Source: a virus
Lineage: Duplodnaviria; Caudoviricetes
Virus record (IMG/VR): IMGVR_UViG_2806310985_000007
Coordinates: 9,811 to 73,810 of that record
Reading direction: 5' to 3' (one strand)
Length of the DNA stretch: 64,000 nt
Positions 1 through 9,256 of the stretch are shown piece after piece. The translations under genes were made by a program, and so were the position numbers. The notes under the pieces are model-generated. The model had not been told where the DNA came from. It saw only the letters and a list, made by a program, of their open reading frames with translations, and ran no database searches. Every line of letters starts with the position of its first letter. Within the stretch, counting starts at the first letter, position 1.

Positions 1-1245
1 GTCCAGATTGAACCGCTCTTTGTAATCGCGGAAATAGTTTTTCAGTTCTTCTTTAAAAATCCTCTGAGAAAACGGAAACGGCACCTTTGCCTCATCACAG
101 TACGTTTTGTACATTTCCCAAGAGGCTTTCAGTGTCGTTCCGTCTTCCTTCTTAAACACGTGGTAAGAATCAATGATGAAGTTGTAGAAATCATTGGATG
201 CGCCAAGCATCGCGACCGGAATATAATCATCGTACATGCCTGGATTTGCCAGATATACATTTTGGCAGTGGTATGCGATAGCGCCAAGTTCAAACTCAAT
301 TTGTTTCATTACCGTTTTGTATTCCTTCGGGCTCAATTTATCGCCGGATGGAGACACATCAATCAATCGTCGAATCAAACCCGATTTTGCGTCAGTTATT
401 TTCACCGGCTTATTCGTGCCCATAAACAGAAAACATTTAAAACGGTTTGCGTAAGTAGACTTGAACTTTTCATTTACCGTCATCAACTCATGGGAAACAA
501 GGCTGTTCAGCCTGGTATTATCCTCAATGCGCGATAAATCCCCATCGTGCTGAATAGCAACAAGCGGATTGCTCTTGAACGCCTCCAAAGCAAACGAATT
601 GCTTGAGGAACCCAGCGCTTTTGCGTCGAACACGGAATAGTACCCGTCAAAGAGCTGCTGAATGATGTTGAGAACCGTGGATTTACCGGTTCCTGCGGCG
701 CCATACAAAACCATAAATTTCTGCAACTTTTTAGAATCCCCGCAGACTATGGAACCGATTGCCCATTCGATTTTTTCTCTCTCCGTTTCAGAGTAGAGAG
801 TGGACATCAGCTTGTCATAGGCATTGATGGTTCCTTCTTCCAGGGGATACTTCAGCTTTTTGCTTGCGTAATCTTTTTTGTTCGTAGGCGTATTTGAAAA
901 TATCAGTTTTTCATCCAGCATGTGGAACGAATCTCTCATTTGTTTCTGACAGTATTTGTGCCACGAATCGATCATTCCAGATTCAGAGTCCCACATGTGC
1001 AGGACTTTAACACTTGAATCAAAATTCTTGCGATTCTCTTCTGCATACCGATCGAGTTCCCGGTCGATAAGCTGCAAAGCATCCTGCTCGTCCGTAGACC
1101 ATAAACCCCGGTCTTCCAGCCATATGGCATAGAAGTCGCCGCCTCTAATCATAAGATCAGAGCTTTTCTTAATGATAAACTTCGGGTAGATTTCTATTAC
1201 ACCACGCTTCGTACTACGTGTTGAAATCATTAAAAAGTCGATCAT
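1..1245 (-). CDS. Phage primase/helicase, SF3/D5-like (DUF5906-like); 3' end outside the window
   Basis: Missing from the ORF track and read by hand: MIDFLMISTRSTKRG..., Walker A LYGAAGTGKST, LFMGTNKP; frame open to base 1. Confidence 0.85.
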   Translation of the reverse strand, partial: MIDFLMISTRSTKRGVIEIYPKFIIKKSSDLMIRGGDFYAIWLEDRGLWSTDEQDALQLIDRELDRYAEENRKNFDSSVKVLHMWDSESGMIDSWHKYCQKQMRDSFHMLDEKLIFSNTPTNKKDYASKKLKYPLEEGTINAYDKLMSTLYSETEREKIEWAIGSIVCGDSKKLQKFMVLYGAAGTGKSTVLNIIQQLFDGYYSVFDAKALGSSSNSFALEAFKSNPLVAIQHDGDLSRIEDNTRLNSLVSHELMTVNEKFKSTYANRFKCFLFMGTNKPVKITDAKSGLIRRLIDVSPSGDKLSPKEYKTVMKQIEFELGAIAYHCQNVYLANPGMYDDYIPVAMLGASNDFYNFIIDSYHVFKKEDGTTLKASWEMYKTYCDEAKVPFPFSQRIFKEELKNYFRDYKERFNLD

Positions 1246-1254
1246 CGAGGTTCT

Positions 1255-1488
1255 TTAGTCTCCTTCCGTCTGCTTTAGCTCCTTAATTTCAGTTTTCAGA
1301 GCCTCGATTTGGCAACGCATATTGCGAATCTCAAACTCTTTGACAATCAGGTGCGCCGTTACGACCGTTACCCAAAACGTAACATTGTGGTTAAACGACT
1401 GCTGCTTCCTGATGGATTTCCCGATTGCCCGGAACATCGTTTCCGAATTCCGAAGGCTTCCGAAAATATAACGGGCCATTTCATCCAT
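1255..1488 (-). CDS. Hypothetical phage protein, C-terminal coiled coil
   Basis: 77 aa ORF with SD, overlapping the upstream gene in the operon. Confidence 0.65.
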   Translation of the reverse strand: MDEMARYIFGSLRNSETMFRAIGKSIRKQQSFNHNVTFWVTVVTAHLIVKEFEIRNMRCQIEALKTEIKELKQTEGD

Positions 1489-1696
1489 GAACTTTTCCTC
1501 CTTTCATTCCTGCGAGAAACTGGTCGATAGTTTCAAACCGCCAAGTTTTTTCTCCGTTAAACGAAAATATAAATTCCTTGCCGTCTTTTTGCCGCACGCG
1601 GATACTGTTTTTCCCGTTCGGAAAATAGGTTTCAACCTTTTCGGCAAACGCCGGCATATGTTCTTGAAAACACTCAAACACTTTGCTGTGAACCAT
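1481..1696 (-). CDS. Hypothetical phage protein
   Basis: 71 aa ORF with AAAGGA SD, operonic. Confidence 0.65.
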   Translation of the reverse strand: MVHSKVFECFQEHMPAFAEKVETYFPNGKNSIRVRQKDGKEFIFSFNGEKTWRFETIDQFLAGMKGGKVHG

Positions 1697-1712
1697 AGCA
1701 GAATTCCTTTCT

Positions 1713-2261
1713 TTACAGGATGCTGTCCAAATACCAATTCATCTGATACCAAATCTCAACCGATCTCATATCGTACTTGCAGTGCTCAATCGTGAATAGG
1801 CCGCCTTCACCGTCCCGTTTGTATTTACGGTACATAAAGCGAAATATAACATAGTCCGTATACCTCGGATCGAATCTGGAATCGCTCATGGAACCCAAAC
1901 CAAGATTTACAATCATGTTCCAAAACCATTGGCCCATTCGATTGCCAACGTCAGGATTGTTCATAATGTTTTCTTCACAACGAAACGCCAAAGCAATCAG
2001 CATCTCCAGCACACTACAAGGCCGATTGTCCAGAAAAGAGGCAATCATAGGACGCTCGTATGATTTTTCATATCCAAAACGGTAACGGAGGTCTATCCCG
2101 TCTTCAGCCCTGTTGCCATCCATTGGAATCACATATTGGAAATCAATATTGTGAAGATGCCTCAGCAGCTTTTTATAGGATAGACCCCTAGAATACCGTT
2201 CATTGCATACGAGCTGACACATCCATTCAAAATATTCGTTGTTCAGCTCTTTCTCTGTCAT
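1713..2261 (-). CDS. Conserved hypothetical phage protein
   Basis: 182 aa ORF abutting the upstream stop, GGAGG SD. Confidence 0.8.
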   Translation of the reverse strand: MTEKELNNEYFEWMCQLVCNERYSRGLSYKKLLRHLHNIDFQYVIPMDGNRAEDGIDLRYRFGYEKSYERPMIASFLDNRPCSVLEMLIALAFRCEENIMNNPDVGNRMGQWFWNMIVNLGLGSMSDSRFDPRYTDYVIFRFMYRKYKRDGEGGLFTIEHCKYDMRSVEIWYQMNWYLDSIL

Positions 2262-2870
2262 TTAATCCTCCATCTGACCGGGGTATCTGCCTGTGACATC
2301 CGAGTAGGAACGATTATCCTTCAGAATCTCATAATCACATTTCAGTCTGTCGTTACGGACAAACACAGAATCGTCCTCATACTCGCCGAAATGAGCTGCA
2401 AAATCAGCGCCCACGGTCTCATCAATATCATCGACAATCTCGTCGTTTTCATCCGCCAGAACCTCGTCCGAATAATAAGTCAGACTGAGCTTGGTATATT
2501 CGTCGAAATCGCCGAATTCCTCTGGCGAGATAATATAAGGCTTTTCAACCATATTTACCTTCTCCTCTTTCGCGTTTTTATTGTTTGTCGAGGCATAATT
2601 CGTATAGCCTTCCTCCGCGAGCTTAGCCGCATAGTTAATTAGATCCGGTTTCAATTTAGCCTGGTCTGCCTTGATTTTGTTGTCTTTGTCAAGGTTCTCG
2701 TTTTCCTCTTTTCGAATCACCGTTTCCGGCTTCTTTTCAGCAAAGACCGCTTTCACCGAATCGATTTCCTCCTGGGCAATTTGCTCGTATCGCTTTTTAA
2801 GGCAAAGCCATGTTGCGGCCGACCCGATAGTCAGACCGGCCATAAACATAGCGAAGTTAATCTTGCTCAT
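2262..2870 (-). CDS. Hypothetical protein with N-terminal membrane anchor and acidic C-terminus
   Basis: 202 aa, hydrophobic N-terminus, GAGGAGG SD. Confidence 0.8.
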   Translation of the reverse strand: MSKINFAMFMAGLTIGSAATWLCLKKRYEQIAQEEIDSVKAVFAEKKPETVIRKEENENLDKDNKIKADQAKLKPDLINYAAKLAEEGYTNYASTNNKNAKEEKVNMVEKPYIISPEEFGDFDEYTKLSLTYYSDEVLADENDEIVDDIDETVGADFAAHFGEYEDDSVFVRNDRLKCDYEILKDNRSYSDVTGRYPGQMED

Positions 2871-3024
2871 AGTAATCCTCCTCGTTTTTTATCGTAACAA
2901 CAGTTACGGCGAGACCTCCGAACAGCAATGCAGCGCTTAGGAGAATCCCGCCGGTAATATGTCTTTTCCGCTTGCTGTCCAATATAGAGTCAAGCAGATT
3001 TATGAAATCATCGAGCATATCCAC
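2857..3024 (-). CDS. Small membrane protein (55 aa)
   Basis: Read by hand: GTG start, MDMLDDFINLLDSILDSKRKRHITGGILLSAALLFGGLAVTVVTIKNEEDYYEQD; SD GGGAG. Confidence 0.6.
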   Translation of the reverse strand: MDMLDDFINLLDSILDSKRKRHITGGILLSAALLFGGLAVTVVTIKNEEDYYEQD

Positions 3025-3030
3025 GTTTGA

Positions 3031-3120
3031 TTACTCCCTTCCACCGGATAAAATGGCAATACCGCCGATTAAGCACAAACCGGCCATGGTAGAAAACACA
3101 TAAGAAAATAATGCTTTCAT
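3031..3120 (-). CDS. Small hydrophobic peptide (29 aa)
   Basis: MKALFSYVFSTMAGLCLIGGIAILSGGRE preceded by GAAAGGAG; fills the operon gap exactly. Confidence 0.55.
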   Translation of the reverse strand: MKALFSYVFSTMAGLCLIGGIAILSGGRE

Positions 3121-3134
3121 GATAAACGCTCCTT

Positions 3135-3701
3135 TCAATCATAGCTTGAAAAATAATGGCGGCATTCCTGGAACATCGGAACACCGTAATTGCTGTATCC
3201 GCCTGCGGTGAAAAACACGCATTCGTAATTCGTCCGTTCCAGCAGCTCTTCCTTTACAAGCTCTACAAGTTCTTCTTTCACATAACAGCGGTCGACTCTC
3301 CCATTCCACATAGATGTGAACTGATTCGGCTGAAATATAACATCAGTTACATTATCCGGAAAGTGCGAATCGTCGACTCGGTTTAAAATCGTGTCAATTA
3401 CCAGCCTCTGTCCGAGCTCCGTTTCACCTTCTGCTTCCGCCATTGTTACCAGCGCGATAAGTTCAATTTCTTCCTGCGAAATAGGGTACGGCCACTCTTC
3501 CTCAATCTGTTCCGGTTCCTCGGCAGGCGGCGAAGGTTCCGGCACGGTTTCAACAGGGGATATAGATACCGTCGAAGACTCATCGTTATATGTATCCTCG
3601 ACGGGTTTCTCTTTTACCGGGGCTGCGGCTATCCTCGCTATAATAATGAAGCAAAGGATAAGGCTCAGAAGAAACACCGCGCCCTTTAGTATAGTTCGCA
3701 T
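3135..3701 (-). CDS. Cell wall hydrolase, SleB/Hydrolase_2 family
   Basis: Signal/TM segment; motifs AEAEGE, ILNRV, FPDNVTDVIFQPNQFT, HYF. Confidence 0.85.
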   Translation of the reverse strand: MRTILKGAVFLLSLILCFIIIARIAAAPVKEKPVEDTYNDESSTVSISPVETVPEPSPPAEEPEQIEEEWPYPISQEEIELIALVTMAEAEGETELGQRLVIDTILNRVDDSHFPDNVTDVIFQPNQFTSMWNGRVDRCYVKEELVELVKEELLERTNYECVFFTAGGYSNYGVPMFQECRHYFSSYD

Positions 3702-3760
3702 TTTTTAAACTCCTCTCTTATAAAGCGACCACCTCCAGTATCGATCTGAAAGCGTTAAAG

Positions 3761-4681
3761 TTACATCTTCTCCCAAATATTTCCCTCTACGTTGAAATCG
3801 AGCAAAAAAACCGGCTCGTGTCTGCCGTCTTCAGTTTCTCGCTCGACTTCTACAATTCGGAAATTGACATATCCGTCCGGACCATCGGCGGTCCAGCCTA
3901 CAATCTGACCGGCAGGTGTACGAGGGAGATCCAGATCGTCCAGAACTTCGTTCAAGAACAGATGCCCACGGGTCTGAAGTTTATCGTTGGCAAACGCCTG
4001 CTGCGCCTTCAGGAACATGCGGTTGTAATCCTGATTGGTCTCGTAATTGCGGCTCTTCGAGTCAAAGTAAACGGCATAATCGCTCTGAAGATTTGGGTCA
4101 ACCACTTGGACTGTTTTCTTTACCTTCTTTTCCTTTCCAGTTTCAGGATCAACCTCAACCTCTTCAAACTTCTTCGCTTTGATGTTGTACTTCAGTTCCT
4201 GGTCTACCTGCTCGCCAAATCGCTCAACCACCCGGCTGCGGTACTCTTTAAAACTCTTATCGATAGCCGCATAAGCCGCGCCAAGCGCTACGTTTCTCTT
4301 GCGAAGAATGTTGTTGGACGCAAGGATACTGGTAATGGACAGAGTCCCGAGAATAACGGCAGGAGCATACAGCTTGGCGAACTTAATGCCAGTCTGCACA
4401 TAAATGATGGTGAGGTCCTTCTTGGAATCCTCAGCGGAATAAGATTCGCCAGCTTCTGTAACGCCGGTTTCCGTTGCGGTATGGACCTTATCGATATCGT
4501 TCTTGGTATCCTCCACAATCTTGTTTACTTTGGTCGTAGCTTTGCAAGCGATAATGGCGCTCACAACCGTCCCCGCGATTCCGGCCACTACGAGAATCTC
4601 AGGGCTATGCTTTCTGACCTTCATCATGGTCTTATTCATAGCGCCGCTGACGCTCTTTACAATTTCGGTCTTATTTTTCAT
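3761..4681 (-). CDS. DUF6353-like phage protein (paralog 1)
   Basis: KHSPEIL..GIAG, LGAAY, GHLFLNEV, GQIVGW; start MKNKTE behind AAAAGGAG. Confidence 0.75.
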   Translation of the reverse strand: MKNKTEIVKSVSGAMNKTMMKVRKHSPEILVVAGIAGTVVSAIIACKATTKVNKIVEDTKNDIDKVHTATETGVTEAGESYSAEDSKKDLTIIYVQTGIKFAKLYAPAVILGTLSITSILASNNILRKRNVALGAAYAAIDKSFKEYRSRVVERFGEQVDQELKYNIKAKKFEEVEVDPETGKEKKVKKTVQVVDPNLQSDYAVYFDSKSRNYETNQDYNRMFLKAQQAFANDKLQTRGHLFLNEVLDDLDLPRTPAGQIVGWTADGPDGYVNFRIVEVERETEDGRHEPVFLLDFNVEGNIWEKM

Positions 4682-4934
4682 AGTTTTCATTCTCCTTTTC
4701 GAGTTTTCTGAGATGGTCGATAAGATGCTGTGTATACCACATAATCTTTTCGAGGTCCTGAATGCCGTTTTTCTGTTTCCAACGGCAGGCATATTTGATG
4801 ATGTTGCCGGTATCGGTTGCTTCGATGCCTTTAAGGTCAAAAGTAAAAGCCTCTATTACATCAATAACTTCCAAACCGGTTTCAGATTGATAATGTGCCG
4901 GATGTGACACCATTTTGTCAGGAGATTCGTACAT
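4671..4934 (-). CDS. DUF3310 (SaV-like) protein
   Basis: VSHPAHY, EVIDVI, GNIIKY.CRWK.KNG.QDLEK..WY signature. Confidence 0.85.
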   Translation of the reverse strand: MYESPDKMVSHPAHYQSETGLEVIDVIEAFTFDLKGIEATDTGNIIKYACRWKQKNGIQDLEKIMWYTQHLIDHLRKLEKENENYEK

Positions 4935-5161
4935 TACTCTTCGTCCTCCTCACAGGTTTCACAGTAAGGGATATAGGTTCTCTTTCGTTCCTGAACCGCA
5001 ATCTGACAGCCGCAGGAAGGGCAGTCAAAAGTGTCGTACAGTTTTTCCTAGGATTCCGAGCCAAAGGCTGCTGCTAACCCGCTTTTCCCGTTGTCACGGG
5101 AAATATAATGACGCTCCTCAATAGCGTTGAATTTGCATCCGCAGATTTTACACTCAAGCAT
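4934..5161 (-). pseudogene. Zinc-finger protein interrupted by an in-frame TAG
   Basis: MLECKICGCKF...FGSES*EKLYDTFDCPSCG...; SD and operon coupling intact; TAG at 5048-5050. Confidence 0.65.
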
Positions 5162-5174
5162 ATTTTTTCTCCTT

Positions 5175-5774
5175 TCAGTTCAATGGGATAGCTCTTGGAA
5201 GTTTCAAAATATAACCGTCCCGAACCCTTACAGCAGTTGCTCCGGCAATATTTGTCCAGCCGTAACGATTCATTGTGTAGTTGTCGTTCGCAACATTAGC
5301 CAAATCATAAAAATCCGACACGCTTACCATACCGTACTGGCTGATAATATCATTCATGGAATCCAGCACTGCTTCCGCATCCCCGCGAGTGTCGAACAAA
5401 ATATCATCGTAGTCAAAACTTGTCCGTCTGATAGCGGAGCCGGCGCGGGTGCGTTCGCTTTCCCGTTCGTAATAATTCCGATACGATACCTTGGATGCTG
5501 AACCGTTTTTCCTTGTTCTTCCTGCCTCACCGTAAAGAATCATATCGATTCCGGTAGTAACGATATCAGAAATAGCCTTTTTGATTGCCGGCACAATGAC
5601 TTCCAGCAAAATATAAGACTTTACATTGTTGGCGTCCTCGGCAATGAAAACATCGGCGAATTTCTGCATTTCACCCTTTTTCCGGGTTTTCGCTTTTCCG
5701 CTTATGACTGCCTCCACTTTTTTCTCAGACTGCTCTTGACGAGACTTATCTGAATTGGTTTTGTATTCCTCCAC
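5175..5774 (-). CDS. Conserved hypothetical phage protein
   Basis: 199 aa, GAAAGGAG SD; C-terminal G.VSVSDFYDL...YGW motif. Confidence 0.8.
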   Translation of the reverse strand: MEEYKTNSDKSRQEQSEKKVEAVISGKAKTRKKGEMQKFADVFIAEDANNVKSYILLEVIVPAIKKAISDIVTTGIDMILYGEAGRTRKNGSASKVSYRNYYERESERTRAGSAIRRTSFDYDDILFDTRGDAEAVLDSMNDIISQYGMVSVSDFYDLANVANDNYTMNRYGWTNIAGATAVRVRDGYILKLPRAIPLN

Positions 5775-5790
5775 TTAGGTTTCTCCTTTC

Positions 5791-5979
5791 TTAAGCCGGG
5801 ATCAATTTGCCAGGCAGAGTGATTTTGGTATTCGGCGTCATGCCATTCTCTTTTTTATACCGATAAGCAAGATTGCTCTTGGCTTTCGCTTCCGACGGGG
5901 CGTAGGTGGACGCTTTCCAGCGATTTTGTACGCAGTTTTCAAACCGCATGACTGGTCCGTCGTAGTAATACGCTTTCAT
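5791..5979 (-). CDS. Hypothetical protein
   Basis: MKAYYYDG..., preceded by AAAGGAGG. Confidence 0.7.
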   Translation of the reverse strand: MKAYYYDGPVMRFENCVQNRWKASTYAPSEAKAKSNLAYRYKKENGMTPNTKITLPGKLIPA

Positions 5980-6000
5980 TCTCGTACCCTCCTTTTTGGT

Positions 6001-6044
6001 AAAAAGAAAAAAGGGAAAGCACATTGTTTAAGGCACTCTCCCTT
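6001..6044 (-). terminator. Intrinsic terminator
   Basis: AAGGGAGAGTGC/GTGCTTTCCCTT stem followed by a U-run. Confidence 0.7.
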
Positions 6045-6068
6045 GTCCGAATTTCACAGATTCAAATT

Positions 6069-6323
6069 TCAGTTTTCTTCTGTAGAAACGTCTGCTTCGT
6101 CAACAATGATTGTCTTCTCCTCAGCAGCCATCTTTTTCAGCTCGATCTGGGTTTTGATATTCGCAATCACCGGTTTTGCTACGTATTTATAGACCACAAA
6201 GCCTACAATTACGCTCAAACCAATGCCTGCTGCAATCTTGATACCCTTGCTCATACCTGTGTTTTCAATGACTTCCTCGGTAGTTTCGATAACCTCGTTG
6301 TTCATAATCGCATTATTTTCCAT
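6069..6323 (-). CDS. Small single-TM protein
   Basis: MENNAIM..., one hydrophobic helix, TGAAAGGAG SD. Confidence 0.75.
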   Translation of the reverse strand: MENNAIMNNEVIETTEEVIENTGMSKGIKIAAGIGLSVIVGFVVYKYVAKPVIANIKTQIELKKMAAEEKTIIVDEADVSTEEN

Positions 6324-6365
6324 TTTATGTTCTCCTTTCAAATTCTGAAAATGTGGAACTTCTTC

Positions 6366-6390
6366 CATTAAAGCAATTGTAATTTTCGCG
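6366..6390 (-). promoter_or_regulatory. Repeated 25-nt phage motif, copy 1
   Basis: CGCGAAAATTACAATTGCTTTAATG. Confidence 0.75.
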
Positions 6391-6410
6391 CGGTTTTCTC
6401 AGTGATGTTG

Positions 6411-7178
6411 TTATCGGGAGTGATAATCGTAAACCGGCGCAACCCGATAATCAATAACCAGGCAAGGGGTGCCGTTCGCGTCAAGATGGGAACTAAAATC
6501 AAGTTCGATATATCCCTTTTCGATGCTCCAACCCAGATCGTCTCCCAATTTCGTCCCGTCTAATCCGAGCGCATAGTAAAACTCGTTGAGCGTTACATAC
6601 ATGTCATCCCGCATTTGCCAGTTCAATTCATTTACGGCTCGGTTGATGGTATCTCTGTCCGACTTAAAATATCTTCCCGAGATAGCGTCATAACAGATGG
6701 TATTTCCGCCTTTTTCAGTCAGAATCACTTCCCGAACAGGATTCTTCACGATTTTTTCTTTCGCCATCGACTCCCGTATCGTCTGCTCCTTCTTATCGCC
6801 AATCGCCTCTACGACCTTTTCCTGATATTCTCTTAAAGTTGATTCAGAAAGTGTGTAAGCGGTTGCAAGCGCTGCGTTCCGACGCAGATTTGTCGAGCTG
6901 GCGCCAATAAGACAGAAAATGGAAACCGAGCCAACGATTGCGGCCGGAATATAACAAGGCCATGCTGTCTTTACGATTTCCTTTCCGCTTAACTGGTCTG
7001 TTTCAAGTTCGTCTTTTTTCTCCTCGATAAGAATCAGTGCTTTTGGCGTTGCCCTCACCGCCATGACTGTAGTTGTAATCATTCCAGCAATGCCGATACC
7101 TGTAAGTATCTCTGGACTATGCTTTTTCATCGCCGTCCGTACACTCTTGGCAATGCTGGATAAACTGTATTTTCCCAT
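6411..7178 (-). CDS. DUF6353-like phage protein (paralog 2)
   Basis: KHSPEILTGIGIAG, ATPKA, ALATAY, YVTLNEFY..LGL, LGW. Confidence 0.8.
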   Translation of the reverse strand: MGKYSLSSIAKSVRTAMKKHSPEILTGIGIAGMITTTVMAVRATPKALILIEEKKDELETDQLSGKEIVKTAWPCYIPAAIVGSVSIFCLIGASSTNLRRNAALATAYTLSESTLREYQEKVVEAIGDKKEQTIRESMAKEKIVKNPVREVILTEKGGNTICYDAISGRYFKSDRDTINRAVNELNWQMRDDMYVTLNEFYYALGLDGTKLGDDLGWSIEKGYIELDFSSHLDANGTPCLVIDYRVAPVYDYHSR

Positions 7179-7193
7179 TTGAGTTCTCCTTTC

Positions 7194-7373
7194 TTATTCA
7201 GAAACTAAGTCATCTAAAAGTTTATCGACTCTGCTTTTTATTTCGTTTTTGCATTCATCAGACTGAAGATATTTCTCCATCGATTTTAAGATGCATTTTT
7301 TAGAGACAACAAATCCGCCGGCTAATCCTGCAAATACTCCAATACCGAAAACAACACACAACTTACTCTTCAT
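7194..7373 (-). CDS. Small membrane protein
   Basis: MKSKLCVVFGIGVFAG..., strong SD. Confidence 0.65.
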   Translation of the reverse strand: MKSKLCVVFGIGVFAGLAGGFVVSKKCILKSMEKYLQSDECKNEIKSRVDKLLDDLVSE

Positions 7374-7389
7374 GTTTTTCTCCTTTCGT

Positions 7390-7686
7390 TTAAACAAATA
7401 ACAAAATCAATTCTTCGGCTGTTTCAACCGCTGTCTGAAATATCAAACTGCGATGCTCGTCCTCGCCGTAACAAGCATACATAGCCATTTCGCAGATAAA
7501 ACTTTCGATAATACAGATAGGCATTTCAAAGGGCTTATCCATAATTCGATTGATGATTTCATAAGCGGCCCATTGTGAATACGAACGTTTTTCAAATTCG
7601 TTTTTAGGCCACGAAAATGATGGACTAAATAAATATCGATCTACATATTCCTTGATAATCGAAACAGCCGTCTCCGAATCGCACAC
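7390..7686 (-). CDS. Hypothetical protein (SYSQWA family)
   Basis: 98 aa; paralog of 9257..9577. Confidence 0.7.
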   Translation of the reverse strand: MCDSETAVSIIKEYVDRYLFSPSFSWPKNEFEKRSYSQWAAYEIINRIMDKPFEMPICIIESFICEMAMYACYGEDEHRSLIFQTAVETAEELILLFV

Positions 7687-7701
7687 GATGCCTCACCGGG
7701 T

Positions 7702-7731
7702 AAAGAAAAAAGAGCCCCTGTTAGGACTCTT
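7702..7731 (-). terminator. Intrinsic terminator
   Basis: AAGAGTCC-TAACAG-GGGCTCTT followed by a U-run. Confidence 0.7.
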
Positions 7732-7888
7732 CCTCTTCGTCATTAAGTGCGGCGAGCTTTTCGTTAATGCGTTCATCGATTTTCTCTTCCATTTTCTTTT
7801 CGTTCACCCAGTCGGTTAGCAGTGTTGCACCCATACCTACTGCGGTGGCGACAAGACCAAGAATTTTTACCATTTTAGCGTTAATCAT
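7721..7888 (-). CDS. Small membrane-anchored protein (55 aa)
   Basis: Read by hand: MINAKMVKILGLVATAVGMGATLLTDWVNEKKMEEKIDERINEKLAALNDEEEES; SD AAAGGAGG. Confidence 0.7.
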   Translation of the reverse strand: MINAKMVKILGLVATAVGMGATLLTDWVNEKKMEEKIDERINEKLAALNDEEEES

Positions 7889-7906
7889 AAAGCGCTACCT
7901 CCTTTT

Positions 7907-7931
7907 CATAATACGACTTGTAAATTTTGCG
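7907..7931 (-). promoter_or_regulatory. Repeated 25-nt phage motif, copy 2
   Basis: CGCAAAATTTACAAGTCGTATTATG. Confidence 0.75.
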
Positions 7932-7934
7932 GAT

Positions 7935-8759
7935 TTAAAGATCTTCCATCCATTCAGCGGTCGGTTCGAAGACCATGTCAATGACGAAGATTTCCATCCC
8001 GTCTTCCAGCGTTAATTTATGGTGGTTGAAATCAATCCAGTAAATATCACCATTGCAGGACGACCAGCCTACGGTTTCTCCCAATTCGGTTTTTTCAAGC
8101 CCAAGGAACTCATAGAAGTCGTTTAATAGAATTACACCTTGAAACATAAAATTACGGTTCAAATGGTATTCCGCCTCTATGACCTTGGCGATGGTTGTCT
8201 CAAAATACCTCTGAGAAAAGCTGTCGTAGAAAGTACGAACTATCTCGGGTTCCATGCCTTCGCCAAAGTCGAGACTTGAATTGCTGATGAAACTTGGCGA
8301 CGAAATATAAACGTCCTTACACTTTTCACTCACTATGGAATCCACAATCGCATTGTGCGCCTCTTCTCCGTAAAGCTCTTTCAGTTTATCCTTATATTCC
8401 TTATAGGACTGGTTGATAAGAGCGTAGGCGCTTGTCAGGGCAACCTGTTTTCTGCTATTAAGCGCGTTGGCTCCCATAATACAGGCTATCGTGGAAAGGC
8501 CAAAAGCAGCAGTTGGAATATAATATTTCCACGCTGACATAAACGCCTCTTTTCTGGTGTAGGCGTATGGATCTCCATCGTGATTTTTTCTGCTGTCCGC
8601 TTTGACAAGTTCTACAGCTTTTGGAGTAGCTTTAACAGCCATAACGACAGTTACGATTACTCCTACGGACGCTACGCACGATAAAGCAACAGGAGAATAC
8701 TTTTTCAAATATAGTCCCGACTTGTGCAGCGCCTTTTGAATAACAGGGGTTTTGTTCAT
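7935..8759 (-). CDS. DUF6353-like phage protein (paralog 3)
   Basis: KYSPVAL, ATPKA, ALTSAY, GVILLNDFYEFLGL, TVGW. Confidence 0.8.
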   Translation of the reverse strand: MNKTPVIQKALHKSGLYLKKYSPVALSCVASVGVIVTVVMAVKATPKAVELVKADSRKNHDGDPYAYTRKEAFMSAWKYYIPTAAFGLSTIACIMGANALNSRKQVALTSAYALINQSYKEYKDKLKELYGEEAHNAIVDSIVSEKCKDVYISSPSFISNSSLDFGEGMEPEIVRTFYDSFSQRYFETTIAKVIEAEYHLNRNFMFQGVILLNDFYEFLGLEKTELGETVGWSSCNGDIYWIDFNHHKLTLEDGMEIFVIDMVFEPTAEWMEDL

Positions 8760-8775
8760 GTTTTTCTCCTTTCTT

Positions 8776-9240
8776 TTAGATTGGTATAATTGCTAACGGA
8801 TTAAGAACGACGATAGAATCGCAATCCCATCCATACAAACCGAAATACATGTCATCAGCTTTTTGCTCACTATATTCGTCCCCATACCAACAAAGCTCGA
8901 CAGCGTCATAACCTTGTCTAACACATTCTTCAAAATCAATAACAGTATCCCAAAAACTCGATGTGCTGCTTTTAATGGTGGGAAGACAACGCAAATCTTT
9001 CATATTATGGATAACGGCTACTTTTGCATTATCACACAGTAGAAATTTAAAAGAATTATGCTCATCGCAGTCTCTAAATTCCTCTTGTTCACACCACGTT
9101 TTCCAACCAAAAGTCGAGTTTTGGCGAGAAGCCCAAAGACCTCCACGTGGTTTGCTCCAGTTAGCTTCGTTTCTTATCGGAAAGCCTTTTGAAGAATCAA
9201 AAACAGTAGAGCCATAATGAATGTAAACAATTCCTTTCAT
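8776..9240 (-). CDS. Hypothetical protein, possible ADP-ribosyltransferase-like fold
   Basis: YIHYGS...KPRGGLWAS...GYDAVEL...DSIVVLN. Confidence 0.55.
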   Translation of the reverse strand: MKGIVYIHYGSTVFDSSKGFPIRNEANWSKPRGGLWASRQNSTFGWKTWCEQEEFRDCDEHNSFKFLLCDNAKVAVIHNMKDLRCLPTIKSSTSSFWDTVIDFEECVRQGYDAVELCWYGDEYSEQKADDMYFGLYGWDCDSIVVLNPLAIIPI

Positions 9241-9256
9241 GTTTTTCTCCTTTCGT

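Noticed and set aside
4934-5161. TAG stop-codon reassignment in prophage 1
   Set aside because: Only one internal TAG was seen; int and 14476..14814 end normally in TAG, and no suppressor tRNA is visible.
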